NCBI GenBank assembly: GCA_001801405.1
Contig: MGXQ01000012.1
Location: 156 to 61,602, forward strand
DNA length: 61,447 nucleotides
Origin: Gammaproteobacteria bacterium RIFCSPHIGHO2_02_FULL_42_13
GTDB lineage: Bacteria; Pseudomonadota; Gammaproteobacteria; UBA12402
Direction: 5' to 3'
Shown here: positions 1 to 9,448 of the stretch, piece by piece
How the letters are laid out: every line of letters starts with the position of its first letter
Position numbering within the stretch: the first letter of the stretch is position 1
The notes under the pieces: model-generated
What the model was told of the DNA's origin: nothing
Databases searched by the model: none
Seen by the model: only the letters and a program-made list of their open reading frames with translations
Translations under genes and position numbers: made by a program

Positions 1-90
1 CAACCGACATTTTATTTAGCCCAACCTACCGCGCTGCGCTGGCTGTCTTTGTTGCATAATTCTATCCAACGCCCCATAAATCGTTAACCA

Positions 91-807
91 TTACGCTGGT
101 TTTACAACAGGATTAGCTATCGCGCAAACCTCGGGTACCATTTTCGAAACCACTTCGTCCCATTTTTTCACCTCAATAAGGTGCTCAAACCCAGATTGGT
201 TAACAACCGTTTCTAGTAATTCTCGCGCTTGCGGTTCGTGCAGAAATTTTTTATATAAACGCAAATTATTTATCAACAAATACGGCATCACCAGTGTCCC
301 AACTGGCATAACCGACTCATCAAAACATGCATAACCTGATTCGAATATAATTAACAAATCATTTCTAAACAGTTTCATTCGCTTGTCTGATAAAGAAAAG
401 AATTTTTGTTTGTATCGGCTTGATTCAGCGAGAGCATGCGCAGTCCATTGTTCTTCCAATAAATCGAGCGCCAAATTTTTAGAACGATCCAATAATCCGC
501 TGTGGCAATAGTGAAATGGCGTTTTTTCATAAGGGAGTCTCGGGTTGGGCTTGTCTAGTTCTAATTTTACCGTTTCTGTATAAAAAAAGTGTCTATGTTT
601 AGCATCAACAAACGACACTAATCCCGGATATTCATCTTTCATATAAGCTGAAACAATATTAGTATCAACAAAATAATATTCAGATGTGTAATCTTCGTGA
701 CTTTGCGAAAAACACCTTGCCCATATCGTGGGTTGCACATGATACGTTCGTCGATCTAGCGCACGCATCATAACCCTCGGTTCTCTTAAAAATGCTCTAC
801 TCAACAT
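91..807 (-). CDS. hypothetical protein with no confident family assignment
   Basis: 238-aa ORF at the end of the minus-strand gene array. The only family-like signal is YYFVDTNIVSAY about 45 aa from the N-terminus, which resembles the first acidic beta-strand of PIN-like nucleases. The N-terminus is Arg-rich. Confidence 0.45.
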   Translation of the reverse strand: MLSRAFLREPRVMMRALDRRTYHVQPTIWARCFSQSHEDYTSEYYFVDTNIVSAYMKDEYPGLVSFVDAKHRHFFYTETVKLELDKPNPRLPYEKTPFHYCHSGLLDRSKNLALDLLEEQWTAHALAESSRYKQKFFSLSDKRMKLFRNDLLIIFESGYACFDESVMPVGTLVMPYLLINNLRLYKKFLHEPQARELLETVVNQSGFEHLIEVKKWDEVVSKMVPEVCAIANPVVKPA

Positions 808-864
808 GATTTATCTCATTAAACAATGATATTACGAATACCGCATCCCTGACGCATCGGGTTT

Positions 865-913
865 AGCAAGTGTAGCCCGTATTTCGCTTCGCTCCATACA
901 AGCTACGCTTGCT
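865..913. repeat. 12-bp-stem imperfect palindrome at the cysQ 3' end (REP-like)
   Basis: AGCAAGTGTAGC ... GCTACGCTTGCT, 11 of 12 complementary, with a 25-nt loop. The left arm AGCAAGTGTAGCCCGTATTT resembles AGCAGGCGTAGCCCGCATTT at about 15600-15619. Confidence 0.5.
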
Positions 914-1736
914 GCACCAAATTAATAAAAAACGCATGCAATAACCGATTGCTGGCAATAATGCCATCATTGTGTATTGGATTCTTTTTATTATACTGCA
1001 AATCATTACCCTGAAAGTCTGTAATACAACCACCGGCTTCTCGCACAATACAATCCGCCGCACCAATATCCCATTCCATCAAAGGCGCTCCTCGTAACGA
1101 GCCTTCTGCTTCGCCTTGTGCAATGCGAGCATATTTTAAAGCACTGCCCATGGGAATAAAATTCTGAAATTTTGAACATTCCAACCGATTTTTTAACAAT
1201 GAATCGAGATGCGAACGACTCACCGACAATCGTGCTTGCTCGGGGCGTGTGTTTTGCGAGCACATAAGACGTATCCTCTTGCCACCCATCTTCAAATAAG
1301 CTCCTTGCCCCTCGGCCGCATAATAAATGTGACCCAAAACAGGCACCGCGATCATACCAAATATTGGCTTATTATTCTCAATAAGCGCTATGTTAATGGT
1401 AAACTCCCCGTTCTTCGCTAAAAATTCTTTTGTGCCATCGAGCGGATCAACCAGCCAGACAAACGCACTATTCTGCCGCAAGCCATTATCCTGCGTCTCT
1501 TCCGATAAAATGGGCCATTGAAAATGCTGCGCTAAGCCCTGACAAATAATTTCATTAGAACGAAGATCGGCTTGGGTTAATGGACTATGATCTGCTTTAT
1601 AATCGACCGTCGCTAAAGGACGATTATAAAATTCTAACACAACACTCGACGCCTTATTGATAACGTCAGTGCAAACAGAAATTATCTCGGCGAAGTTAAT
1701 CATGTCTGACCCTATCACAAAACGATTATTCTGCAA
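903..1736 (-). CDS. cysQ: 3'(2'),5'-bisphosphate nucleotidase, CysQ / inositol monophosphatase family
   Basis: The metal-binding motif WLVDPLDGTKEF and the C-terminal MEWDIGAADCIV are typical of the family. The true start may be the internal Met (MINFAEI, 1703), because Met1 overlaps the ugd stop by 11 nt. Confidence 0.8.
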   Translation of the reverse strand: MQNNRFVIGSDMINFAEIISVCTDVINKASSVVLEFYNRPLATVDYKADHSPLTQADLRSNEIICQGLAQHFQWPILSEETQDNGLRQNSAFVWLVDPLDGTKEFLAKNGEFTINIALIENNKPIFGMIAVPVLGHIYYAAEGQGAYLKMGGKRIRLMCSQNTRPEQARLSVSRSHLDSLLKNRLECSKFQNFIPMGSALKYARIAQGEAEGSLRGAPLMEWDIGAADCIVREAGGCITDFQGNDLQYNKKNPIHNDGIIASNRLLHAFFINLVQQA

Positions 1737-3126
1737 TGCAAACTTCTTCTTCCTGCACGATAGATGTCATTTTATTATATGGCAGTGGTGTCGTCCGCCG
1801 GCCAATGCCGACATACTCAAATCCTAATGCCTGTAATTGCGCTGGATCATATTGATTGCGGCCGTCGACAATCACATTACCACGCATTGATGCTTTAATT
1901 TTAGTAAAATCCGGATTGCGAAATTGTTTCCATTCAGTAATCAACACCAAAACATCGGCATCTTTCAAGACCTCTTCTTGATGCTGCGTGAGCACCAATT
2001 TTTCTTCGTTGAACCAAGACACCGGTAATTCTCTTTTAGCAACCGACATCGCTTCAGGATCATAGGCCTTGACAGTTGCACCACGACTAATCACTTTTTC
2101 TAAAAATAGAATCGCCGGCGATTCACGCATATCATCCGTTCCCGGCTTAAAGGATAATCCCCAAACGGCGATTTTTATCTGACTCAAGTCCCCGCCAAAT
2201 TTGGCAAGAATTTTTTGTCCTAAAATATTTTTTTGCAATTCATTCCGCGCCTCAACCGCATATAACACTTTAGGCTCAAAATCATATTGCTCCGCCAAAC
2301 GAATCAATGCCTTCACGTCTTTAGGAAAACAAGATCCTCCATAACCACAGCCCGGATAAATGAATGAAAACCCAATACGACTATCCGATCCAATACCACG
2401 CCGAACATTTTCCACATCTGCACCGGTTCGTTCACATAAATTTGCGATCTCATTCATAAATGAAATTTTTGTCGCCAACATAGCATTAGCCGCATACTTC
2501 GTCATCTCAGCATCGCGAATACCCATAAAAATCATGCGCTCATAATTATGCGTAAAGGGCGCATATAACTCTTTTAAAAGAGTTCTTGCGCGCTCACTAT
2601 CTGTCCCGACCACAACGCGATCAGGCCGCATGCAATCATCGATGGCTGCACCTTCTTTCAAAAACTCTGGATTACTCACGACATCGAAATCAATTTGTAA
2701 TTTTCTCTGTTTTAACTCGGCACGAATAACCTGGCGCACTTTATCAGCCGTTGCAACAGGCACCGTGGATTTATCAATGACCACCGAATATTTTGTAATA
2801 TATTTTCCAACTTCTTTCGCCACCGCTAATACATATTGCAAATCTGCAGATCCATCTTCATCACTCGGCGTGCCCACCGCAATAAAATAAACATCGGGTT
2901 CAATCGACTGTTCGTGGAGCGAGGTCAAAAACTCTAATCGTCCATCCTGATAATTGCGTTTAACTAAATCTTCTAATCCGGGCTCATAAATCGGCATAAT
3001 CCCTTTTCGCAGTTTTTCAACTTTTTTAACATCAATATCGATACAAGCCACATGATTGCCCATTTCTGAAAAACATGCGCCTGTCACCAACCCCACATAA
3101 CCCGTACCAATCACTGCAATATTCAC
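1726..3126 (-). CDS. ugd: UDP-glucose 6-dehydrogenase
   Basis: N-terminal Rossmann motif MNIAVIGTGYVGLVTGACF and catalytic-Cys motif GYGGSCFPKDVKAL. The 466-aa length is typical. Confidence 0.9.
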   Translation of the reverse strand: MNIAVIGTGYVGLVTGACFSEMGNHVACIDIDVKKVEKLRKGIMPIYEPGLEDLVKRNYQDGRLEFLTSLHEQSIEPDVYFIAVGTPSDEDGSADLQYVLAVAKEVGKYITKYSVVIDKSTVPVATADKVRQVIRAELKQRKLQIDFDVVSNPEFLKEGAAIDDCMRPDRVVVGTDSERARTLLKELYAPFTHNYERMIFMGIRDAEMTKYAANAMLATKISFMNEIANLCERTGADVENVRRGIGSDSRIGFSFIYPGCGYGGSCFPKDVKALIRLAEQYDFEPKVLYAVEARNELQKNILGQKILAKFGGDLSQIKIAVWGLSFKPGTDDMRESPAILFLEKVISRGATVKAYDPEAMSVAKRELPVSWFNEEKLVLTQHQEEVLKDADVLVLITEWKQFRNPDFTKIKASMRGNVIVDGRNQYDPAQLQALGFEYVGIGRRTTPLPYNKMTSIVQEEEVCIAE

Positions 3127-3137
3127 GCCAAAATCTC

Positions 3138-4655
3138 CTAATGTTTAGGTAATTTGAAAATCAATACTTTATCATTTCGACGCTTATAATCAAATGTTTT
3201 TATCGGTTTTCCAAGCACTTTTTCCAGCTGTTCCTGCCTATCGGTTGACAGGTCCGGCAGCACCAAAGCCACATAGTCATAGCCTCTCCACGGGCCCTCT
3301 GCGAGCAGATCCATGTTGAAATAATCCTTGTTTTCACCCTCCCAGCCGCCCGACTCACGCTTTGCAAAAAATGCCAATCGCCCCTCGTTGGTATATATCG
3401 TGGCCGATGACATCGTATTGTCATGCAGCCATACGCCCGCACTGTAAATATCTCGTTTTGAGGGGCCAAATTGATAAACACTTGCAATAGCCATACTTAA
3501 CATTAGAAAAACGGTCAGAACGAAAAATAGTTTTGCCCATAAAAATTTACGCTCCGTTGCACGCCAGTGTTGATATAGTTCATATAAACCAAATGGCACA
3601 TAACACAGTAATATTAATGCTAATGCCACCATATACCGACCGGACAAATAAACAAATTTCCAATAATACAGCAACGTCATCACGACGTTAATCAAGAGAT
3701 ACCAAAACAATACCCACTGTTTGGAAAAGGAGAACCTCATCGTCCGCATATATTGCATCGCATAAAACACACAAATCGTATAACCCAGCGACAAAGCATT
3801 TACCACATACACGCAATAACCCGCAATCCAACCAAATAAAAAAATCTCAAGAGCATTTCTTTCGCCCAAACTGGGCAAGACATATTGCTGCATCGCCAAA
3901 ACGCGTGTCGCAACAACCTGAGATAACTGCACACTATAAGCCAACAAACTCGGTATATCTGGAATGTTTCCGATATGCGGAAATCCTTTATGCAATGAAA
4001 TAAGTAAAATCCCAAAACCCACTCCTCCTGTTATTGTTAAGAGATTTAACTTTAAAATAGCCATTATCCGTGATTTAACAGAAAATATCGGCAAAAAAAC
4101 ACAACAAAATGGAGTCGCTAAAAGAAAAATCAATCCTTCCACTCGAAACAAGGTAGCCATCATCATGGACAACGACCATCCAATTGCATAACGCCATCTT
4201 AATTGTTGAATAAACCGCAATAAAAACCATACTGAAACCAAATAGAAGAGCCAATACCCATGCTCGCGCAAAATATCTCCACGATAACTATTAAACGTAT
4301 GAAAAATTAAAATCACTAACGCCGCCAGCCAAAAAAAACGATCAGAACCCTCCATTTCCTTAACAATAAAAATAAATATAAAAACTGTTAGCGTTGAAAA
4401 TACAACATTCGACAAATATACGGTGTGCAATAAAGATAAATGAAATAAGCGACTCCCCCACGCCAGCATAACAGAATAAAACGGCCAGTGATAAACATGA
4501 AATATAGACATAAACCCTGCGCATGGATATTGCTTGGCCAATTCTAAATAAAGCATGCCATCCGGATTGAAAAGAGGATAATGATAAATCGCTATTGCGG
4601 TTAAAATAACGCTTATTGCTGCAACAATACTGTAGTTTAAAATCTTATTCTGCAA
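3138..4655 (-). CDS. polytopic membrane GT-C-fold glycosyltransferase (ArnT/PMT-like)
   Basis: 505 aa with many hydrophobic helices. An acidic first-loop motif (FNPDGMLYLELAK) is followed by a soluble C-terminal domain of about 110 aa, which is the ArnT/PMT_2 architecture. The gene sits between ugd and galU. Confidence 0.55.
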   Translation of the reverse strand: MQNKILNYSIVAAISVILTAIAIYHYPLFNPDGMLYLELAKQYPCAGFMSIFHVYHWPFYSVMLAWGSRLFHLSLLHTVYLSNVVFSTLTVFIFIFIVKEMEGSDRFFWLAALVILIFHTFNSYRGDILREHGYWLFYLVSVWFLLRFIQQLRWRYAIGWSLSMMMATLFRVEGLIFLLATPFCCVFLPIFSVKSRIMAILKLNLLTITGGVGFGILLISLHKGFPHIGNIPDIPSLLAYSVQLSQVVATRVLAMQQYVLPSLGERNALEIFLFGWIAGYCVYVVNALSLGYTICVFYAMQYMRTMRFSFSKQWVLFWYLLINVVMTLLYYWKFVYLSGRYMVALALILLCYVPFGLYELYQHWRATERKFLWAKLFFVLTVFLMLSMAIASVYQFGPSKRDIYSAGVWLHDNTMSSATIYTNEGRLAFFAKRESGGWEGENKDYFNMDLLAEGPWRGYDYVALVLPDLSTDRQEQLEKVLGKPIKTFDYKRRNDKVLIFKLPKH

Positions 4656-4680
4656 ACTATCCCTCCAACATTTTATTCAT

Positions 4681-5556
4681 TTAAAGCTTTAATGCTTTTA
4701 GCATCTTCAAAAAATCTTTAGAAATCTCTGGATGTTTCAATCCATATTGTATCGTCGCCTCTAAATATCCCAACTTGCTCCCACAATCATAACGCTTCCC
4801 CTCAAATTCCAATGCAAAGACTGCCTCATCCTCCAATAACTGTGCAATCGCATCCGTTAATTGAATTTCACCGCCCGCGCCAGGACGCATGTCTGCTAAT
4901 AATTCAAATATTTTTGGCGTTAGCACATAACGCCCAACGACACCAAAATGAGAAGGGGCATTGCCTGCCTTTGGTTTTTCCACCACACCAACCATCCGAG
5001 CATAATGATCCAAGACGCCCGCCAAATCAACAACGCCATACTTACTCAGCTCTTCTTCTGCTAAATGCTGCACAGCCACCACGCTGCCCTGTTCTTTTTC
5101 ATAGACATCGACTAACTGTTTAAGACAAGGGTTTTTATTATTATCAATCACATCATCCACGAGCAAAATGGCAAATGGCTCATCGCCCACAACATCACGC
5201 GCACATAAAATCGCATGCCCCAATCCTAACATCGCATGTTGACGCACAAAAACACAGCTCACATTTTCTGGCAAAATATTCTGTACCATCTTCAATAAGT
5301 CATATTTTTGTTGTCGCTTTAAGAGATGCTCTAATTCAACATTGGAATCAAAATAATCTCCAATTGAATTTTTATTCGCGCTGGTCACAAAAATTAGTTC
5401 GCGAATACCTGCCGCCACCGCCTCCTCTACCGCATACTGAATCATGGGTTTATCCACAATCGGCAGCATTTCTTTCGGAATTGATTTCGTCACCGGCAAG
5501 AAACGCGTACCAAAACCGGCAACCGGAAAAACAGCCTTTCTAATAACATGCTTCAT
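4681..5556 (-). CDS. galU: UTP--glucose-1-phosphate uridylyltransferase
   Basis: KAVFPVAGFGTRFLPVTKSIPKEMLPIVDKP and VVEKPK motifs. 291 aa. Confidence 0.9.
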   Translation of the reverse strand: MKHVIRKAVFPVAGFGTRFLPVTKSIPKEMLPIVDKPMIQYAVEEAVAAGIRELIFVTSANKNSIGDYFDSNVELEHLLKRQQKYDLLKMVQNILPENVSCVFVRQHAMLGLGHAILCARDVVGDEPFAILLVDDVIDNNKNPCLKQLVDVYEKEQGSVVAVQHLAEEELSKYGVVDLAGVLDHYARMVGVVEKPKAGNAPSHFGVVGRYVLTPKIFELLADMRPGAGGEIQLTDAIAQLLEDEAVFALEFEGKRYDCGSKLGYLEATIQYGLKHPEISKDFLKMLKALKL

Positions 5557-6593
5557 CAGGACTTCCCCTTAACAGGACAGAAAAAATTACAACCAAAAAA
5601 ATATACAAGAAAAAATATTATAAATAAAATAAACATCATCGCTTCCGACCAATGAAATATTGTCATCCAAAACCCAACGAGACCAAATACAATCGAACAA
5701 ATACTCAAGATCAACAACACCATTCCGTCGGTCAGCCCTCGTTGTTTTAAAACATAATGAATATGTTCTCGATCTGCCGAAACCCACGACACGCCTTTGC
5801 GCAAACGACGCAACACAACATTCGTCATATCAAAAAACGGCACGCCCATAATCCATAAAAAAGCTACGGGCTGTGCCGCTTGACGGGGTGCTTGTGATAA
5901 ATCCATCAAAAACCAAACCAACAGAACGCCCAACAACATGCTCCCCGCATCCCCCATAAATATTTTCAAACGACGCTGCACGATAGGCAAATTAAACATT
6001 AAAAACGCGAAGACACTGGCTGCTATTAACAATAAAAACGCAAAATCATTATAACGATCCGCGCGAAAAGCTAATACACTTAAAAAAATCGATTCAATCA
6101 GTATAATACTGCCCGCCAATCCATCCATTCCATCCATCATATTGACCGCATTTATCACCGCAATGACGGCAATGATACTAAAAGGAATACCAACAACGCC
6201 TAATGAAATAGAGCCTAGAAAAAACAAGTTACCCAAATCATATACGGCCACGCCACCTATCACTGTAATCAAAAATGATACGAATATTTGCGCATAAATA
6301 CGTGCATGTGGTGTTAATTCATGAAAGTCATCCAATACCCCCACCAATACCATAATAACAGCAGATGCCAACAGCGCGCGATAATGCAGTAAGGAAATAT
6401 CTAATGTTAGCAATCCAATCACTAAGCCGAACAAGATAGCCATGCCGCCAATCAGAGGAATGACCCCTGAATGAATTTTACGTTCTGTCGGAGTATCGAC
6501 CAACCCTGTGCGAATAGCCAGAGGCCGAATAAGAAAAACTGCAAAGACCGTCGAAAAATAGGCTATAAAACATGCAAAAATTAAATGTTTCAT
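5556..6593 (-). CDS. wecA: undecaprenyl-phosphate HexNAc-1-phosphate transferase (WecA/WbpL, MraY-like family)
   Basis: NAVNMMDGMDGLAG and FMGDAGSMLLG motifs in a polytopic membrane protein. The start is set at MKHLIF (ATG 6593), which has GGGGAGAA upstream. The ORF-track start at 6632 would overlap the upstream gene. The stop shares one base with the galU ATG (TGATG). Confidence 0.75.
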   Translation of the reverse strand: MKHLIFACFIAYFSTVFAVFLIRPLAIRTGLVDTPTERKIHSGVIPLIGGMAILFGLVIGLLTLDISLLHYRALLASAVIMVLVGVLDDFHELTPHARIYAQIFVSFLITVIGGVAVYDLGNLFFLGSISLGVVGIPFSIIAVIAVINAVNMMDGMDGLAGSIILIESIFLSVLAFRADRYNDFAFLLLIAASVFAFLMFNLPIVQRRLKIFMGDAGSMLLGVLLVWFLMDLSQAPRQAAQPVAFLWIMGVPFFDMTNVVLRRLRKGVSWVSADREHIHYVLKQRGLTDGMVLLILSICSIVFGLVGFWMTIFHWSEAMMFILFIIFFLVYFFGCNFFCPVKGKS

Positions 6594-6624
6594 ATTATCT
6601 TTCTCCCCTACGTGATTTTCACGT

Positions 6625-7860
6625 TCACGCATTTTTCGAACAAACCGTTACGTTCAATATCTCTAAAAATTTTCGAGCCTGTGCTTCTCGAGAATATTTC
6701 GAGATATTGTGCGCACTATTGTTAGCACACTGTTGCAACAAATGAGAATCATCATACAATTTCACTACTGTATCAGCCAATAATTGTGGCTGCCCAGCCT
6801 CGACATGAATACCATTCTGATTTTCTTCAATAATCGCACTCGCCTCACCTTTCGGCGCCACCAATAAAATAGGCAACTGCATCGCCATCGCTTCAAAAAT
6901 TTTAGAAGGAATGACCGTTCCAAATAACGGATCATCTTTTAATTGCACTAATGCGACATGACTTAACGCCCAAAAAGCAGCTATTTTATTTTTTGGCTGC
7001 ATCGGTACAAACCGCACATTGCTCAAACGCTCTCGTTCTGCAAATGCCATCAAATTCTGGCGCTCTGCCCCATCACCCACAAACATAAAACAAATGCTAG
7101 GATAATCTTTCTGCAACAAGGTAGCTGCATATAACACATTCTGCAAATCTTGTGCCATACCATGATTACCCACATAACCTACAATAAAGCGATCCGATAA
7201 ATCGTATTGCCGCATCAACGACAACTCTCTCGTTTGCGGTTGATATTTACTAAACTCAACGCCATTGATTACAACATGTATTTTTTTAGCCTCAATATGA
7301 CGCAGCACTAAATTTTTTTTAAACGCACTGGTCAACACCACAATAGACGATGCTCGATGATACATAAATAATTCAAATTTTTCTAAACACCATAAAATAG
7401 GCGATTTTATCGTAATGCCAACTGCAGAAATAAATGCCGGCCATAAATCGCCCACCTCTATCACATAAGGACGACGCTTAACAATCGATAATAAATATCC
7501 CGACAACGTGACAAAAAACTGTGGCGTTGTGACAACCACTACGTCAGGCTTCTTAATAAACAATCCCGCAAAAAAAGCCGGCACTACATAGGATAAAAAA
7601 TCTAGAATACGTAAAATTTTCCCTTTATTCGGATAAATAAAAGTCTTCACGCGCACAACCTGTATCCCATCAATCATTTCAGACTGATACCATTTGTTTT
7701 TATATCCCTCAAAAACTTTACCTGTCGGAAAATTTGGCACGCTCGTTATAACCGTAACCTGATGCCCCCATTTAACCCAATAACACGCGCGCTCATATAC
7801 GCGCGATGCCGTAGCATTTCCTTCAGGATAAAAATTGTCAGTCAAAAATAAAATATGCAT
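6625..7860 (-). CDS. glycosyltransferase family 4 (GT-B), WbuB-like
   Basis: N-terminus MHILFLTDNFYPEGNATASRVYE and C-terminal PSKIFEAMAMQLPIL (E-x7-E region). Confidence 0.8.
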   Translation of the reverse strand: MHILFLTDNFYPEGNATASRVYERACYWVKWGHQVTVITSVPNFPTGKVFEGYKNKWYQSEMIDGIQVVRVKTFIYPNKGKILRILDFLSYVVPAFFAGLFIKKPDVVVVTTPQFFVTLSGYLLSIVKRRPYVIEVGDLWPAFISAVGITIKSPILWCLEKFELFMYHRASSIVVLTSAFKKNLVLRHIEAKKIHVVINGVEFSKYQPQTRELSLMRQYDLSDRFIVGYVGNHGMAQDLQNVLYAATLLQKDYPSICFMFVGDGAERQNLMAFAERERLSNVRFVPMQPKNKIAAFWALSHVALVQLKDDPLFGTVIPSKIFEAMAMQLPILLVAPKGEASAIIEENQNGIHVEAGQPQLLADTVVKLYDDSHLLQQCANNSAHNISKYSREAQARKFLEILNVTVCSKNA

Positions 7861-7861
7861 A

Positions 7862-9448
7862 TTAAAAAATTACTTCGGTCAACACCTCAATCGGAATTTT
7901 TCCAACATAACTTAGCACAATCGTTTGTTTAGTTTCTGCCATCCCAAACTCAGCATGATATAATGTCGACTGAATACTCATCTCACCATCAACCTGAAAA
8001 GTAATTTTAGCAACCTCACAGTGATCACGAGATAATATCAAACTATTTACCGTTGTTTTTCTTACGGCTATTTCGGGCGCCAAATGATAAAACAAATCCA
8101 TACGATGAGCGCCATTACCCAATATATTGTCCTTAATCACCAAACCACTATCCGTCAATCGCCATTCGCGCGTATGAACAGGGCGGCCTCGCAAACGCTT
8201 ATATCCATCATGGCTCGCACGCAACACTAAATTATCGCAATCTTCATGAAATTGCACGTTAAAAATTCGTGCGCGTCGTGCCACTCGGAAGCTCGCCCAA
8301 ACTTCTGAAGAATTTTGATCATCAATGGTTAACGTATTATGCGCAGCCGTCCCGCGTTCTGCAATACGTTGCGCATTATTTGCATAAGTACTAATCCCTG
8401 AATTAACAAAAATCAATTGGTTGTCAAATAATAACTCAAAGCTTAGCGAATCCGCATGCGCATGCCCCTGCAAATAATCCGCGCCGGTTGGCGCCACATC
8501 TGCAAGCACCAATAAATCACCTTTTTGCAACCGCCAATAACCATCCGCTTGTCTCAATATATTTAACTTATAACTGATCGACAAATTTTTCGCATACTGA
8601 CATAACGCATCAATATCGGGCGCAATCGCCATTGCACTATCATTAAAAAAAGCAAGACGGCCATTGGGATAGGTCAACGTTGCCAACCATGACAACATCT
8701 GAGGAACAAGCATCAACCATTTCGCTGGCATTTCTTGATCATAGACATAATAAACATTAATAAGATCTAATATATCTTGCAATATCAATGCATGATACAT
8801 CGGCGATAACTCAAAATGACCGCCTTCTGGTAAAATCTGGCGCTGTAATTCATGATCTAAAATTTTTATCCCTTGCCTTAACCACTTGTCCGCTTCTTTC
8901 CCTTGAAAAAATAACCCTGCAAAAACCAATGCTTTCGCATTGGAGAACACATGATTTCCCAGCAAATGATACTCAAGACGAGACATTAAATATCGCGCTT
9001 GCATAGCCAAACTTTCTAGCATGCGCCAGGATAATAATTCGCTTTCTAAATGGTATTTCATCCAATTAACCAAGCGCAATGACAGGGTATAAGGCTCCCA
9101 ACCGATTCCCTCCCCGGGCGGATTCTCATCCATCCAACGCAACATTAAATCCTTATCATACTCATCAAAATAATGCAGATTGTACAACCATAATTTATCA
9201 AGACGCCCATCATTCCAGATAGATGAGCAACTAACATCTTCGGTCTTATTTAAAAATCGATACTGAGTGGTTGAAACTTTTGCGGATCGTTTTTGAATAA
9301 ACGATCGGGGCGCATTAATAACATTTCGTAAAGGGGGTGGCGGCGTCTTGGCAATTTTCGGCCGATACAGTCGATAGCGCAATCGCCAATAAATCTGCGA
9401 CCACTTTAAATAACGTAATGTGTTAAAATACAAACAAAGCGTCATCAT
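7862..9448 (-). CDS. heparinase II/III-like (alginate-lyase superfamily) protein
   Basis: LLGNHVFSNAKAL and YLQGHAHADSLSFEL motifs are characteristic of the Hepar_II_III family. 528 aa. Confidence 0.75.
   Translation of the reverse strand: MMTLCLYFNTLRYLKWSQIYWRLRYRLYRPKIAKTPPPPLRNVINAPRSFIQKRSAKVSTTQYRFLNKTEDVSCSSIWNDGRLDKLWLYNLHYFDEYDKDLMLRWMDENPPGEGIGWEPYTLSLRLVNWMKYHLESELLSWRMLESLAMQARYLMSRLEYHLLGNHVFSNAKALVFAGLFFQGKEADKWLRQGIKILDHELQRQILPEGGHFELSPMYHALILQDILDLINVYYVYDQEMPAKWLMLVPQMLSWLATLTYPNGRLAFFNDSAMAIAPDIDALCQYAKNLSISYKLNILRQADGYWRLQKGDLLVLADVAPTGADYLQGHAHADSLSFELLFDNQLIFVNSGISTYANNAQRIAERGTAAHNTLTIDDQNSSEVWASFRVARRARIFNVQFHEDCDNLVLRASHDGYKRLRGRPVHTREWRLTDSGLVIKDNILGNGAHRMDLFYHLAPEIAVRKTTVNSLILSRDHCEVAKITFQVDGEMSIQSTLYHAEFGMAETKQTIVLSYVGKIPIEVLTEVIF

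Noticed and set aside
903-1736. CysQ (PAP phosphatase) as evidence that the glycan is sulfated
   Set aside because: No sulfotransferase, PAPS synthase or sulfate-activation genes are recognisable in the window. cysQ may simply be a housekeeping neighbour.
5556-6632. Long N-terminal extensions given by the ORF track for several genes, with starts at 6632, 12569, 38748, 43459, 44100, 47477, 48567 and 49747
   Set aside because: In each case the extension overlaps the upstream gene. An internal Met aligns with the canonical family N-terminus (a Rossmann GxGxxG or a signal-like start), often with an RBS or an ATGA overlap. I used the shorter coordinates.
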